This document shows, piece by piece, positions 1 to 13,399 of a stretch of DNA of 64,000 nt. The position numbers and the translations under genes were made by a program. The stretch is from Raillietiella orientalis (lineage: Eukaryota): the NCBI GenBank assembly GCA_036172245.1, contig JAYWIR010000010.1, forward strand, positions 3,162,001 to 3,226,000, given 5' to 3'. Position 1 is the first letter of the stretch. Each line of letters begins with the position of its first letter. Below the pieces are notes generated by a model. It searched no databases and was not told where the DNA came from. It was given only the letters and a program-made list of their open reading frames with translations.

Positions 1-1300
1 CCAGCTTCGTCGCTGCTGGAGCGACGGAAGATCGTTGATCCGAGACGGAAGAGTTCGCGAGGGCCACGTTCCTTGTAGGGAAGACAGCTTTGTCGGGCGG
101 ATTCATCCCCACGGTTCGAGTCCCCATCGTTTCTCTCCTCACCCAGAGTTTCCCGTGTGCGGCCGGGCTCGAGTTTTGCTGTTGCCGCTGGTGGCGTTTC
201 TCTCTCTCTCCGTAAGCCAGCGCTCGGTCATTGTCCGACAGATGTCCCGGCAGTGTTGGATGCTGGACGACATCATCGGCTTGCTTGTGAACACGGTGAA
301 GGTCGCAAACGTCCTGCTCCCTTTTCTCCAGTGCAGTCCCTCCGTTTACTCGACAAACGGAGCGGGTTCGCACATTCCAGTTCTTGGAATGTCCCGCTCT
401 TGCAGAGCGTCTCCGCTCATCGGAGACACCAAGATCGCTATCTTGGGGTCTCCAATGAGACGGTCGCACGGACTGAGGCTTGGGTTCGTGGGAGCGACGA
501 AGAGAACGCGTCTTTCCGATGGGTTCCTTCCGTTGCTTCGCAGCTTTCTACGTCCCCTAGAAAATTGCTGGCATTCTTTCGGATGGTCAATAGGCGTCCA
601 ACATCATGGCCCGGCACGCTTTCCTCGGCCACAATGTTGGGTCTCAGCGACGACCGACTCCATACCGTGCGTTTGCTGCCCACACGATCTCCTCCATCGT
701 CCGTTCGCGGCCTTCTCGATGGTCTGGTCTGGTCTTTGCGGAAGAAGCAAGACCAGACCTCAAGTGGCGAGCGCCTCCGGTGCCGAGGCGGAGGTGCCGC
801 CGGACGCGATCATCTGAGATACGCCGAAGCGTTTCATCCCGTTTCGGGAAGCGACGGCAAGATCGATCTCCCATCCGTTCCCGAGCTGGCTCATGGATAT
901 ACGGGGGCTCCAGACAGACTCACGTCTGGAGTGGGTCTGGAGCATGGAGTAAAACCACTCCAAGAGTAGTTGTCCCACACTGGTGACGAAACAGCTGGAG
1001 AGCAGGTCTCTCTCTGATGAGAAAGGTCCTCGATTGCCGGGTCGAGAAACGTCGAGCATCGCCGGATGCTGCGAGAGTTGGAGTCTCATGCTGCGATCGA
1101 AAGAGGTTTCTCCTCGCAGGTTCGTCCTTCTAAAAATGCAAGAGTTCACGCACCCGAGAGAGTGCCTTTCTTCCCTGAGGCGGAACGCTTTGAACGCCGT
1201 TGGTCCTCCGTGCAGACTTTCGGTGGTGTGATCAGGAGTGCATTCTCCAGAGCGCGTCGGCGGGGGTATTTTCTTCATCTTCCATTTATTGGCTCTCTCT
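1..1300 (-). mobile_element. Degenerate LINE fragment: APE endonuclease C-terminal part and linker, running off the window start
   Basis: Minus-strand translation gives IAA*DSNS (~1075-1100, matching the GDFN motif), then EIDLAVAS (~845-870, matching the IDL motif), followed by an SDD/SDH-like position. A diverged second copy lies at ~42620-43100. Confidence 0.6.
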
Positions 1301-1899
1301 CCGCATGCTGGAGATGCTGTTTCAGTAGCTCATGAATGAGATGTTAGCTATTGAAAGGATTCTCCGTTTTGATGTAGGCCACCCATGATGAGCTGAAGGA
1401 ACACCACAGTTAGCGTTTTTGCCCTGTGATTGGCCCCTTCTAAGAAGTTTGGTGCTCAGTTTCCATCAACTCACCTTGGGTGACATCTAAGCAGACACCT
1501 GAAGAAACGACTCTAGAACCTCTGCGTAAGTAGGATGGAACTGGTGGGTTGCCAAAGAATGATTTCCCGAGCCAACAAGAGGCTTTCCGATCACATCCTA
1601 AGGGATACAATGCTTACTTGAGGAAATTGCATTCCAGGATGCTCCTAGCAGAGTTCCGGGAAAAGTACCATTCAGTGCAGGAAAGCCTGAACGTACTTGT
1701 GATTTGTAAAATTGCAAACTTTAGGTACCTGAAATTCTGCTGATTCCTTGAGGCTCTTTTTTCGTTTTTTATGTTGAAGCTATGAGAGTTCGTGCGAAAC
1801 TCAAAGCAAGTACTATCTAATAATGTTGAGACCACAGATGAGTGCTGAGGAGGTACATGATGCCTCTGGCGTTGCGCCTACGAAGCAAGCTCACTGTTA

Positions 1900-3900
1900 T
1901 GATCAAAAGAAAACAAGAATAATGTTAGCAATGGTTCCAATGTATCTTTATAACTAAAAATAACGGTCTGTCAGGTATGTATTCCCTTCCTATTATCGAG
2001 GAATATGAGCTCGCAAATTCCGTTTTGATCTTCATACTACAAAAGATTTCTTCCCTATAGCAAATTCGACCATCTCATTGAGATCGATCCATCTTTTTGA
2101 TTTCGTAGATTGCTCAACTGATTTGCTTCAAGTGTGCAAGATGAGATGAGTGAAATTTCGCCTTTGTTATTCGGAAAATTGAAACGTCAGCTGCTCAACG
2201 TCTGAGTACACCCTAAGGTGTAAGAATTTGATGAATTTTGGATTCTGCTTATAATTGTCAGTGAATGTCTCGAGTAGGGGTTGGGTCAGTTTCTTTAGTT
2301 TTTCATTTATTCGCACCTTAAAACCCATAGCTTGTACGTTAGATGCGCTTATTCTGCTGACAAAACGATGCAAGCAACAAACATCCGTGCTCTTTTTCGG
2401 AAAGAGTTACCGGAATCCTGGAATGATGACACGGATGTAGTTGCAAGTTTTCACGAGAGTTTCCATCTACTGTGTTTTTTTCTTTTACTTCCGTTCGTAC
2501 TCAATCTCGCGTGTATAAGTATACTACCAGAAACATGCTTCCACTGTTAAAAGATGAGTCGACGACATAATTTCATGCAAGCGCATAGTAACTTTCTAAT
2601 GAAATTTATTCAGCGCTTGTGAGCCGACGTAGGATCAAGCAGCTGATTACGGTATGTTTTTTAAGACGGAAGAGAGAAGATTCCCAGAGGAAAGGTGTCT
2701 AGCCGGCGTTGCTACTGAAATCGTCGTGCGATGGAACAATACACCGCGATCATTATGGCTAGCAAACTTGGCCTTCAAATCCAGCTTCCCATTACGTCTC
2801 CATCTGCTCGCTTGTGTCCACGAGTCTGCACATCCTCTTAGAAGGTATCTCCCAAGCATGTGATCAAAGTCGTTTTCTATTGAGCATCTGTTCAATTCTC
2901 TGGTGCAGATTTTCCGAGTTTGATTCTCTCATTCAGGTGCAACGTATGATGAGCCAATGGGAGATCCGACATCACACTTCCTTCCTTCCTTCCCCTGAGT
3001 GTCCTCTGGTTCTTTTGAATTCACCAGAAGGGAATGAGTAGTCAGGGATATTGCTTTTACCTGGAGACTTTTTTTATTACTGGAGTGCTTACTGAGATCG
3101 TGCTGATTTTGTAAACTTTGAAGGGAAACTTAATGTCAGCGACTGTAATAGGCTGTTCGAAGGCAGCTTTGGAGAGATTCCTTGATGGTATCTCTGGTTT
3201 GAAGGCTCGCAGAGTTTTGGAGCATCCAAAGTTAGCTATTTCAGTATATAGGTAAGATCAGGAGTCAACATCAGCAGCTAATTCAGTGAACCATGGTCTT
3301 CACAAAACACTGCATCAGCATTTTAATAAGTGCCCATCAGAATGTTTCCTCTCGTCCTGTTCATCCAGCAAACATTGATTTCTTGCTCGTTCTTGAGCTG
3401 TCAAGCAAAGATGGTGATACTGTAAGTTTTGGCAACAATTCGTTATATGCCGATTCTTCCTTCACAATCTTCTTACATCGAATTGCAGGAATTTTTTCAG
3501 GAGGAACTAATGGATTTGTTCCTATGATATTATTCCAAAGTCTCTGTATGATGCCGAGAACATCTGATCAAACATTATTTGAGTGCTATTATCGAGGAGC
3601 TAATCTTGCGTTGAGAAAGGTGGATGCTGAGTGCTGAGACTTATGTGATTGCGTGTTGCTGTTCAAGAACGAATGTGCAGCATCCATGAATCGCACTGAT
3701 CAGACTGATGCAGACTGATTTTCTATCTTAGTATTTGAAGGCCAAGTGGTTGCACTCCAAAGATGAAGCTTCAAAGAGATTGGCCTCACTGGAATTTTTC
3801 TGATACCGGGCAAAGGAAGATGCGGCAATCTCTGGAATATGGATCGTGCTGATTAGCCTTAGGTCTGTGAGAAGTGAATCAATGAAGCAATCTGAGCATA
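1900..3900 (-). mobile_element. Highly degenerate LINE reverse transcriptase (jockey/I/CR1-like)
   Basis: Ordered minus-strand remnants across frames: FEQPITVADIK, KKSPGKSNIP (~3045-3075), KLDLKAKF (~2770), VSGSILI (~2520-2540) and KFLHLRVYSDVEQLTF (YLGV-D-LTF-like, ~2185-2235). Many stops and frameshifts. Confidence 0.5.
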
Positions 3901-4049
3901 GCTGATCGAATTCGCAACCAGAAAGCCCTGATTATTTTTAGCGTATGTTCATCTGCGAGCATTCTGACGTACAATCCGATTTAGAGAAGAGTTGATAAGT
4001 ATCTGAGTTCCCTATCCTTTTTTTTTTTTTTGTAGCAATGTCGTCATTC

Positions 4050-5300
4050 AGGGAGTAAACTGTTCCGGCATCAAATGCTCACAATTCACTGCAATGAGTG
4101 AGCTACGTCGTGAGCAAGAGAGGCGAATTACATGGAGCATCCAGGATGTACCTTGGACAAACCAAGCTCACAACTCGTTTCATTTTATACCATCGTCTAG
4201 GGATGGAGCATCCTTTGGAAGTTCGGACGCTATACTTTGTGAAAATTTGCTTAGTCCATTACTCAAAAAGGAAATCCTCTGTTGGAATACATGATGCTGG
4301 TGATGTCCTGATTATCTTGATCAATGTAATCACCTCAAAGTTATCTTTCAGAAGACCTCGTTGGTATGATGAGAGTCCCCTCCACTTTGCATTCTTTTAC
4401 TTTTGGTTTTTTTGATTCCTCAAGTTTTATTTATTCAGGAACTGGAAACTGGCCAATTCTAATGGAGTGTCTTCTTCTTCGGAAACTCATATTCCATTGC
4501 TAGTCGTAAGTTTCGGCGCAGTTCAGTTCGAGAGGTACAGACTTCATCCATATTTCAGGAAAAGGGAACATGGTTTTCCGAGGAAGATAAAAAACAGGAA
4601 ACTCATTCCTGCATCGGGAAGAAATGGGTTTCCTGTTCCTTGATCGCCGTCTCAGCTTCGAAATGCGTGGTTGCAGCAAACGTTGCGGGTCAGCTGGAAA
4701 TGCGTCAGCCGTGAAGGCCCGACCCGCCTTAACCGAAATTCAGATTTCATCCAAATCACAGTTGTTGGGTACTCTGGGAGTCGGAAACCTAATGCAACGG
4801 ACAAGTGTGCTCCTGCATTTCTCTCGGATCAATATTTCTGTGTGTGAATTATTGACTTCTATCCTCTGTACCGAGGAGGGTCGAGTCTTCCTCGCTCACT
4901 GAGCGGCCGCAGCGCTCCTGGATATTGATTCAACTTATCACTCAAGAAGATGGCCAATGTTGTGCGAGGAGATACAAAGGCTTGGGAGCCTACGAACCGA
5001 AGTGCGACGGAATTGCCATCTGCAGCCATTATCAGTGGTAACATATGACGAGCAGCGAGCCTGTTTCTCATGAATGGGAGTAGGGCAGGGGGAGGGGGGA
5101 AGGGGAGGGCGAGAAGCAGGAGGAAAAGTCCTCCTTTACACTTTGAAATTTCGATTTCCTTCTGAAACGAAAAAGCCACTTCTTCCGTTGTCATGGAAGG
5201 GGAGTCTGGAATTTCATAGGCGTGCGTTACCCACGAGCGTTGGCAACCCTACTTGAAATTCTGTAAATAATCGTGCTGGAAAACATATCTGCAGCCCAGA
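4050..5300 (-). mobile_element. Degenerate L1-type LINE RT fragment
   Basis: MTTEEVAF and LAIFLSDKLNQY in ORF 4859..5194; downstream KWRGLSSYQR (~4355-4390) resembles the L1 W-x3-LS-x2-GR motif. Confidence 0.4.
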
Positions 5301-5519
5301 AACTGCCAGAAGCATCGTTCAGAAAGCCCTTCCTTCTTTTAATGTGCTGACTGATAAAACAATTTCATTTCCCCTGTTATTAGGAGCGCAAATCACGTGG
5401 AAGCTCAGTTTTCGCGTGTGCTATGAAGAGGTTTTTGATCATAACTTCGGGTTCCGAAAATGGAATGAGAGACATGAAATATGAGAATTTTAAATGATAC
5501 ATGTGAGTAGAGGGAGGAA

Positions 5520-5523
<4 letters not shown>

Positions 5524-5563
<40 letters not shown>
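5524..5563. repeat. (GA)n microsatellite, about 20 units, followed by an A-run
   Basis: Read directly from the sequence. Confidence 0.97.
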
Positions 5564-5570
<7 letters not shown>

Positions 5571-5599
5571 AAAAAAAAGGAGAGAAAGGCCAAAAGCCT

Positions 5600-6480
5600 T
5601 GATGCTCTTGAAGGAAATTCTAAATGCAGTAAGTAAGCGATGATTCATCATGGTTAATCTTCTTGCTTCGCTTGCTGCCACACGCACATGCACGCGGACA
5701 GATCTCTGTGTGAATGGAGTTCGGCTTCCACGTGGCAGAGGTATATGATGTTCATGAAGCTCTCTTCGGGCCATCGAGAGTTGACGAGTTTCGAACCAGC
5801 TTCACACGAGAAGACCGGCGAAAGAGACTTCCAGCAACAGCAGTAACCAGGAATTCTGTTGGGAAAGCGGCTGCAAAAGCTAAGCGGCGAAGATCGATGG
5901 CGATGGCGCCCCCGACGCAAACAACATCCAAATCCAAGCTCTTTGTCAGTGTTTCTTCCGTGGAATAAATGGGAACCATTGCCTCTTTGAAGAGAAGATT
6001 CCTTTAAGAGGGTTACCAACTTCAAACTAGAAATGACTAGGTGGTTTCTTTTCCTGTGAGAAAGAAATTCAAAGGGTGACCTTGTCTTGATGGCCCACTT
6101 CGTGAAAGCCTCCACCTGCCCCATGATTTATGGCAAAGAGCTGCGCTATCGATCGATCCAGGCAAAGTTCCTCGCCGAACTTCCGAGCAACGAGATACCA
6201 ACAGTAATAAGAGCAACTTTCAGGATGGAAGAAACGGGGATCAAAAAAACAGGGGATCTCTCGGTGTGGGACGACAGTGGAGCGTGTGAATAACCGGAAA
6301 ACCGTTTCCATCGAAGCTCAAGAAACAGAACATAGCCAATACGGTCTCCGCGGAGGCCAAGCAGGGAACTCATTTGGATCGCCTTTATGAAAAAAGGTTC
6401 GGTGCCATGGGAATTCCTCCTTTCCCTGTCTTGAATACTACTAGAGTTTGGGAACATCCGGGAGACAGGACCAGACGTTC
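5600..6480 (-). mobile_element. Possible LINE 5' remnant (endonuclease N-terminus, perhaps an ORF1 tail)
   Basis: SLDLDVVCV (D-V-x-C-x-QE-like) in ORF 5752..5979 and MNIIYLC (N-I-Y-x-P-like) downstream. Weak. Confidence 0.3.
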
Positions 6481-6499
6481 CTGAAAAAGGTATCCCATT

Positions 6500-9000
6500 A
6501 AAGATGGATTCATTCTCTAGTCAGGGCGCCGCGAGCGTGTGCATATGCCTACCTGCCCCCTAAGTAACCTAATGAGGTCGACAACTTTGCATTGGGCTGC
6601 GGCTTCAAGCTCGTAACCTGACTACGCTCAGCCGGCAGGGGCATCGCTCCCAAACTCTCTACGATCAGTGTTAAAAAGCGATTGCAGACAATAGCAACGG
6701 ATTCATGCATGTCTGTGTGGTCGGGGGAAGGCAAAACAAGCCCTTTCGCAGCATCAGGAGCGGATTGGAGCAGCTGAGCAGTGATCAGACAAGCACCCGG
6801 CTCAGTTAAGGCGAAGTGGGTGTACAAGAAGGCGGCACCGAAAAATTGAATCCGGGAGCCTCCTTTTCGGACCACAGAAAGAAAATCATCTCCACCCACT
6901 CACAATCCGAAGCAAGACAGCACAAACACCTCTCATCACAAGAAGTCTGGATCAAGGGAAGGCCATGCCTGCATCAGACCGCACTGTGGTTCAGGGCATC
7001 TTCTGTTCAACGACAAACGCCTAAGATTCGCTCACTGAGAACACTTTTATATGGCGCGCGACCGAAGCCTGCGCGAGCATCGTCCACCAGGGTTGGTGCC
7101 CGATTGCATATGCGGGAGGCGCGTCGTGCGAGAAGGATCCCTAGGAGAGACACCCACAGTCTCTGCGTCAACAGGAAAACCAACGAAAGACACGACAGAC
7201 CGGTAGCCTAGACCAAGGCGGCTGCCTTAAAACTCTGGGAGTTGGTGGCCTCCTGTCAGCCCATTTCGGGGATGGGCTCGAGGCTGAAACCAGATCATTT
7301 CTGGAGTCTATTTGAGTCTTTGACGGTGTCCCAAGGCGAGTGTGACCAGGATGTTGTTCCGACTTCGCAGTGCCGGTGCTGGTGAGCTTCAGGCACTTAC
7401 GTGTTGACTCTCCAATTTTAGTATATGTACAGCCGAAGCGTGTACGTGTTGTCTCCGCTTCCTGTCGCCAACATTTCAGTTTGCCCACCGATAAGAGGCA
7501 AGTTTGGCACTCCAGGATGTCGGCAAACTGGCAAAGCAGAAATCCCAAGGGTCAAAAGCATCAGGGGCTTCCGATCCGGAAGGACGCAAGCCTCTCTCTC
7601 CCCATTGCCCACAGAAGCATCTCCAGTTCCGAGGGACACTCGCTCCCGTTCCAGAAGCTGGCTATGAGCGAGTTGGTCTCTGTAACTGTAGACAGAGTTC
7701 CTAGAGCTCCAGGATGAGCACTACCCAAGGGCGGGAGGTAGCAGTTGACGTCATTGAGAACGTCGACTGCTACCTCCAGAGCTCCAAAGAGATGCCCGTC
7801 GCTATTGAGGCTTTCGCCGGTCCCAGACCTTGCCAACGTCATCGGCTCACCTGCCGCCTCCTCGAAAAACGCGAAGGAGTAGGAGCGGGTGGCAAAAACC
7901 AGGAAGTTGCTGTGGCTCTGAATCCGAAGTGTGCCAGCAACAGGTCAGCTTTCTTACTGTGGCTGGTGAACTGCGTACTTGCACCGTGAAGGTTGTCACC
8001 TCCAGTAATGTCCACAGCTTAGACTCCAGCTCAACGTCCGCGCCGACGATGGTTATCACCCGCCAGTTGCCCAGTTGAAGATCTGCTTTCGGCAGCAGAC
8101 GCACCCTCGGGGACTTGAGGGAACAAATGCGTCGTCATGCTCCAGGGAGGCAACATCCTCTGCGAAGCACTGGTACATCTCCGAGGGGAGGCCATCTTCC
8201 CCAGCCGCTTCGTGATCCTCTAATTGGAGGAGGTCCTGCGGAACACCTTCCCCTTACGATGCATCGCCAATGCAGCAGTGCTCTTCCCTCCTACGGCCGG
8301 AGCTACCACAGTTAGCAGTAGCTGTGCCAAATCGCCGCCATCCGAGGACGGACGTTCGCGCAGCGAGAAGTCACCTGGCAATATCTTGATCATGCTCCTG
8401 GTGGCGCTGTGCTGCGTGAGCAGGCGTCTTCGGTCATCAAGCAGTCAGGTTGCTCACGGTTGCTATACTGTCGTTCATAACTCCGGCAGGGACTCGCGGA
8501 TGAAACGTTCCGCTCCCTTGGTAGGTGTCTTGAAGATCAGGACTCCTGGATTCGGGAACGCTGGCACACGATCAACTTCCAGACTCTACAGTTAATCGTC
8601 AGGGAGTCGCCATAGGTTAGCCATTTCCTGCGGAAATTAGCACCATCTCTACGAGCGAGTGGTTGGTCAGATGCAACAGTGGAAACGTGCTAATGCAGGT
8701 GCTCGTGCAGGAGCACGCCCATCCACCCTGCACGACGTCCTCGTCTGCGAACATGCTGCTGGCGAGGCACCGGGGCTCCCACAATGCATCCGCGCGGATC
8801 TTGCAAACCCGCATGCCGCGGCGAGGAACGCGGAACCTTCCGCATGCAGTTCTCTATCTCTGGGGGCGCGCGCGTCGGCGATAGTCAGCTGGATAGAGTG
8901 GGATCGGTCGGTGCAGCAGCTGCTTGCCTACCCGACATCACGTGCAGCATCGTTTTCTCAGCTCCCGGCTTCAGCGCAAATGCCTCTTCCATAGCATCGT
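6500..9000 (+). mobile_element. Degenerate L1/Tx1-type LINE (endonuclease remnant plus RT)
   Basis: Ordered plus-strand motifs: RAPG*ALP (~7700), CRLLEKREG..KNQEVAVALN (~7850-7925), RSAFGS (~8080), ISEGEAIFPSRFVIL*LEEVL (GxxQG-PLSP-LF-LE-like, ~8175-8240) and CIANAAVLF at the YADD position (~8260). Confidence 0.6.
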
Positions 9001-9249
9001 CTCCCGACTAGCCCTCGAGGTCATGTGCCTCCTTCACGGGGATCGCGTAAGTTTCGTGCCGGAAGAGCGTAGGAACCGTCTCACGGCCCCCAACCTTGCA
9101 GCGGCTCACCTCCCTTTCAGATCCCGGGATGAGACGCCCACACACCGCACAGGGCGGCGCGGTGCGTTAGCGCGTCGTCTGAGACGCCGAGCTAAAAACG
9201 AGGGTCGAGACTCCTCGTTTCTGTAGGCATCTTCCTGAACGGGGAAGAA

Positions 9250-10949
9250 CCCGTCCTCCATTTTGTCGTTCTCGCCAAAGGCGCTGTGGTCCCCCTCGCC
9301 CTTGGCGCTGCGCACGATTCGTTGCGGACCCGACGTTGGCGCCATTCCAAACGAGTGTGTGTCAGTCGTGGCATCGCGTACAGTTGCACGTGCTCCGCTA
9401 GGGTCAATTCCGCGATGAAGAGAGCAACATGGATATTGTAGTAGATGGACACAAAGCCAAAGACATTCCTTCTCATTCTTGGCCACCTCTGCCGCAGTCG
9501 CAGCTCGCAGCTCGTTTCGCGCGGCGCCTACGACGAGAGCGACACCCGTCGCGGACTCACTCTCATGCAGACTGCCTGGAGCCTCAGCTCCAGTGGAGAA
9601 CTTTGGCCCTTATGGAGAGGTTATGGAGCACCAGCTGGGGCGTACCCGCCACGCCTCCTGGCCAGGCAAGCCGCAAGATGCAAGCGACTCCCTTCCTTGC
9701 AAGCCGCGGCCGCGACGTGGCCCACTGCAGACTTCAGCTCCGCCGGGTGGCTGTGCTGATCGGGGAAGGCAGCTGCATCTCTTGCTGCACCCCGCGAACG
9801 GTAGGATCTGGCTGCAAAAGACCCTTTGCACTTAGACGAAGAGCAGGGAGACGTGCCCGGAGTTATGGCAGCGACTGCCGTACTCTTCTACAACAGCTGC
9901 TCGCTGCAGGAGATCGTCGTGCATCGCGCCAAATGCGCGTGTGCCGGAACAACTTCCCTTGAGACAATATCGCTGCCCTCCCTGAGGGAGCATCTTAACA
10001 GCAACATACGGCAAGGTAGAAGCCTCCTACGAGTTCAACTCCAGAAAGGAGGACTTGGATGGTTGGACTGCGAGCCGGCTCACAGAGACTCTGTGACCCC
10101 AAGTGCCCCACCGAAAGGACTCACGCTAGGACGAGCTACTGGGAATTCCTGGGAAGACCTCGAGTGGCTCACAGTGCTGAGAAACACTCGCACCTTCTCT
10201 CTGAAGGTGGCAAGAGTCGGAGAACCTGCTGTTGTGCTGGAAGGCCCCAATGGGACAGCAGGGTCAGTGGGAGAGACGTGGAACGCTCGCCGACATCACC
10301 GGACTTACCTGGCTTCGAGGCTTTGATTGTGATCAACACGGACCCGAGGGAGGGGAGCGGTCAGCTCCCCCGTGCTGCAGCAGGTGTGGCAATAGAGGAT
10401 CCCTCTCGCACCTGCTTGTGGTTTTTGCTGCCCTCCGGCCCCTGTGGAAACGCCTTGCCACGACCCTACGGACCTCCCGACAGCAACTCCAGAGACATTG
10501 CTCAAGCTCCTCTCTTTGCGTGACGCCATGACTTCATTCGCGTTCCTAAGCTGCACTCTTCTACCTACTCAGGACTGTGACGTCAGAAAGCGGCAACAAC
10601 GACAGGGACGCCATTTACTTCGCAGTCCGTTTCCTGAGGATCACAGCGAGATGGTCCATTCGGGTAATATAGGTAAGGAACTTGCTAGCATCCTGGAAAG
10701 GATGCAGAGGACGCCTGTCAGCTGGTAGCGATCCCTTCGTGATATTTCCAGAAGTTTTAATATTTAGTTTTATTTGCTTTTATGGTATTTTTATTTTCGT
10801 TTGTCCCCTCTCCTCTGCTGCCGAGACAGACCTCGGTGGTCTGCGTACCGGCTTCACGGCAGGTTCCACCCTTCGTGGACGAGGCAGGACCCAGCGTCCA
10901 GCCATCGCTTATGTACGTTAATAAAATCCTCAGCGCAACCGGGTGGAAA
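9250..10949 (+). mobile_element. L1/Tx1-type LINE 3' half ('family A') with 3'UTR and terminus
   Basis: KGGLGWLD (~10045); CSRCGNRGSLSHLL zinc-finger remnant (~10375-10420); C-terminus LRDAMT..KELASIL shared with the copies at 47780-48500 and 53580-54200; T-rich 3'UTR; AATAAA at 10920; terminal ACCGGGTGGAAA. Confidence 0.8.
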
Positions 10950-13300
10950 CGCATGGAGGCTGCGTGGATGCGCGCTCGGGCCCTTCGAGGCAGGCAACAA
11001 GGTGCGTTCTACCTTCGCTGAGGCGGTTGGGTTGCGACGTGTGGAGGCGGGACGCTTCTCTCATTTTCTGGTCCGCCGCCTCTGTGTCGTCTGTGCTGCA
11101 GAGCAGTTTGGCTGAGGGGAAGGAAAGCTTCTGCCTTCCGCATCCGACGCGGGACCTGTCGCGTTCCGAGAAGCACGGACCTGCGGATGGTCGGTGGCGT
11201 CTTGTCGCTTCCCCAGACATTCGTCATGTTCACCCGTTGGGTCACTCGCAGCTCTTTTCCAGGGTCCCGAAAATATCCGACACCGGAGGGCCATCATCTG
11301 TGTGCTGAGGATCAGAGTGACCCAATACCTTCCAGAAAGGCAGAAACCGTCCGGCCACGTGGTTCCTGTCTGCAAAAGGAAGACCACGGGCAGGAAGGTC
11401 AGCCAGAACTCTTCCTCTACGATCGCTGGATTTCATCCCCTGCTCTCTGGAAGGCACGCTTCCTTACACACTTCTGGCATCGGAGGCAGCAAACTGAGAT
11501 ACTCTTCTGCCGACGTGGCACCTTCTGGGTCCCTCCCTTCCTTTAAAAGTCTTCCAAGGCGATCCCTTGGTGGCAGGAATCCTGCCCACTAAAGCATCTT
11601 CGGATGTCCTCGCATCATGGCCAGGAGCGTCAGAGGAAGAACTTATCCCCACTGGCGTCTTAAGAGCACACCAGAGAAAGGCAGCGTGCTTCCAACAGCC
11701 TGAGCCAAATTCCTAGAGGACTCTTTGTATGTGTCCTCAAGGAAGAATCCGTGTGGAACCGTTGCTGTCGAACGAGGAAGCAGATCTCGCAGAGGATGAC
11801 GGTAACTCGCTGGTCCCTCTCCGGCGCTCATCAGGCTGCTGGTCAGTTTCAGGCAGGGGCACTGTCCCGGGACAGCTAAGAGACGATCCTCGGATTGGCG
11901 GTGAGATGAGGGGAGCGGTTGTGTTACTGAAAGATGCGCTCTGCTTTTGGCGCCAACCGAGCACCATGATCGAGGGCACTTCGTCACTAGCACTCGCGTC
12001 TCCGGTGATTGTAGCCCTTTTTGACGAGGGTCCCCTGCATCCCTCCTCCTGAGCGCGCGCGCGCAGAGACCGCTCGGCCCTACTCTTCAGAAGATGGCGG
12101 CCCAGCTCGCGTATGGACTCGGGCTGCTTGCACCGCCAATTATCAGCAGCGACTACCTTTGCCTACAGACAGGCATCCTGTAGGTTACTAGTCCAGCCGC
12201 ATCGCTGGAATAGGTTATGCTGGCAGACCTTTTTCACGTGGACTCACTCCCCTTAGCGTCTTATCCGGCCCTGGCTACTATGGATGGGCAGCTTGATCGC
12301 CATCTATGTGCAGAACGCGGGGAAGCTGAGTTCGATCGCTCATGTTTACGCTAGACATCGCGGCTCCTCTGTGGATCTTAGCTAAACTCACAATCAAGTT
12401 CTGTCTAGACCAGTGCACGGGTGGTCTTGAAACACGAACGAGAGGTCCGCCGCGACGGGTGAGCCAGAGTGAGCAGAGTGCGTAGCAGCAGCCTGTGCGG
12501 AGAGACCTATCAGCTAACTGCCTCCTTCGCTCGGCTTCGTTCTCTATGCTCATGAAGGAGACAAGGTCATCCTCGGTAACATCTGGAAGCTCGTCGCGGA
12601 GCTCTGGTGCTGACTCTTCCCCCCTCCCTTGTAGCTGGCAGAGGAGAGGACGGACTGTAGCTTCTGGCTACATAGATTCATAGCTCCGCCTCGAAGGAGT
12701 TCCGGTCTGTGAGCGACGGAGGCTGCCACCGTTGCTCTGCTCCATCTTGCCTCACGGGGTCGATTCTCGCTGGGAAACGTCACGGCGTTCGCCCAAAATG
12801 CCAGTTGACTCCCGTTACCTCGGGTTGAGAGTTGTTCTTCTCGAGCACACAGGTGCTGAAGTTTCCCAGTGCACTGGAGCATTCTCGCTGTTTGGCCGTC
12901 CTGCTTCGCACTCCGAACGTCCCTTAGACCGTCCCGGAATGACTCGAGCAACCTGATGCTCGAACCATCACAAAGTGTGTCCAGAGGGACATCCGTTGGC
13001 TCTGATTTTGGTTTTAGAATACTGGAGAACGTACTTTTTTGATCCATGTATTCTACGATAGAATGCCTTTTTTTTTTAATGATCCCAGCTGCATCGAGTT
13101 GGGACATATGCTCCTGTATCGGAAATCCAAGGTAGTCCCAAAGTAGGTACCCCAGTACGCAACTGTTCTCCGGGGTACAGTGGGATCACGCAAAGTGACA
13201 CTTGATAACTTCCAGTCCATCTGACTCAAGTAGGACTCCCTTTTTTTTTTTCCTGTTTTGCTTACGCCAGCCTCCAGCAAAGCGGCTTCTCACTATGTAT
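10950..13300 (-). mobile_element. Degenerate LINE (endonuclease plus RT remnants)
   Basis: Minus-strand remnants in the expected order: QLDAAGIIKKKRHSIVEY (~13050-13100), GILGE (~12790), DAPGHDARTSE (~11600-11635), TIRRSVLLG (~11165-11195) and KLLCSTDDT at the YADD position (~11085-11110). Confidence 0.5.
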
Positions 13301-13399
13301 CGGGGCCTTTCTTGAGAGTTTCGGTGCTCTACATTTTCTGCTTCAAAAAATCTCATCTATTATTTTCCAAGGAAAATTGTCTGTTCAAGAAGAACACTC

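Noticed and set aside
35..969. Longest ORFs in the track (260 and 270 aa, +) as host genes
   Set aside because: No recognisable domain. They are antisense to a GC-rich LINE fragment repeated at 42.6-43.1 kb, where the frames are not preserved.
1005..1060. CTGATGAG...GAAAC as a hammerhead ribozyme
   Set aside because: Stem II does not start directly after CUGAUGA and stems I and III are not evident. CTGATGAG at ~28791 and ~30443 fails likewise.
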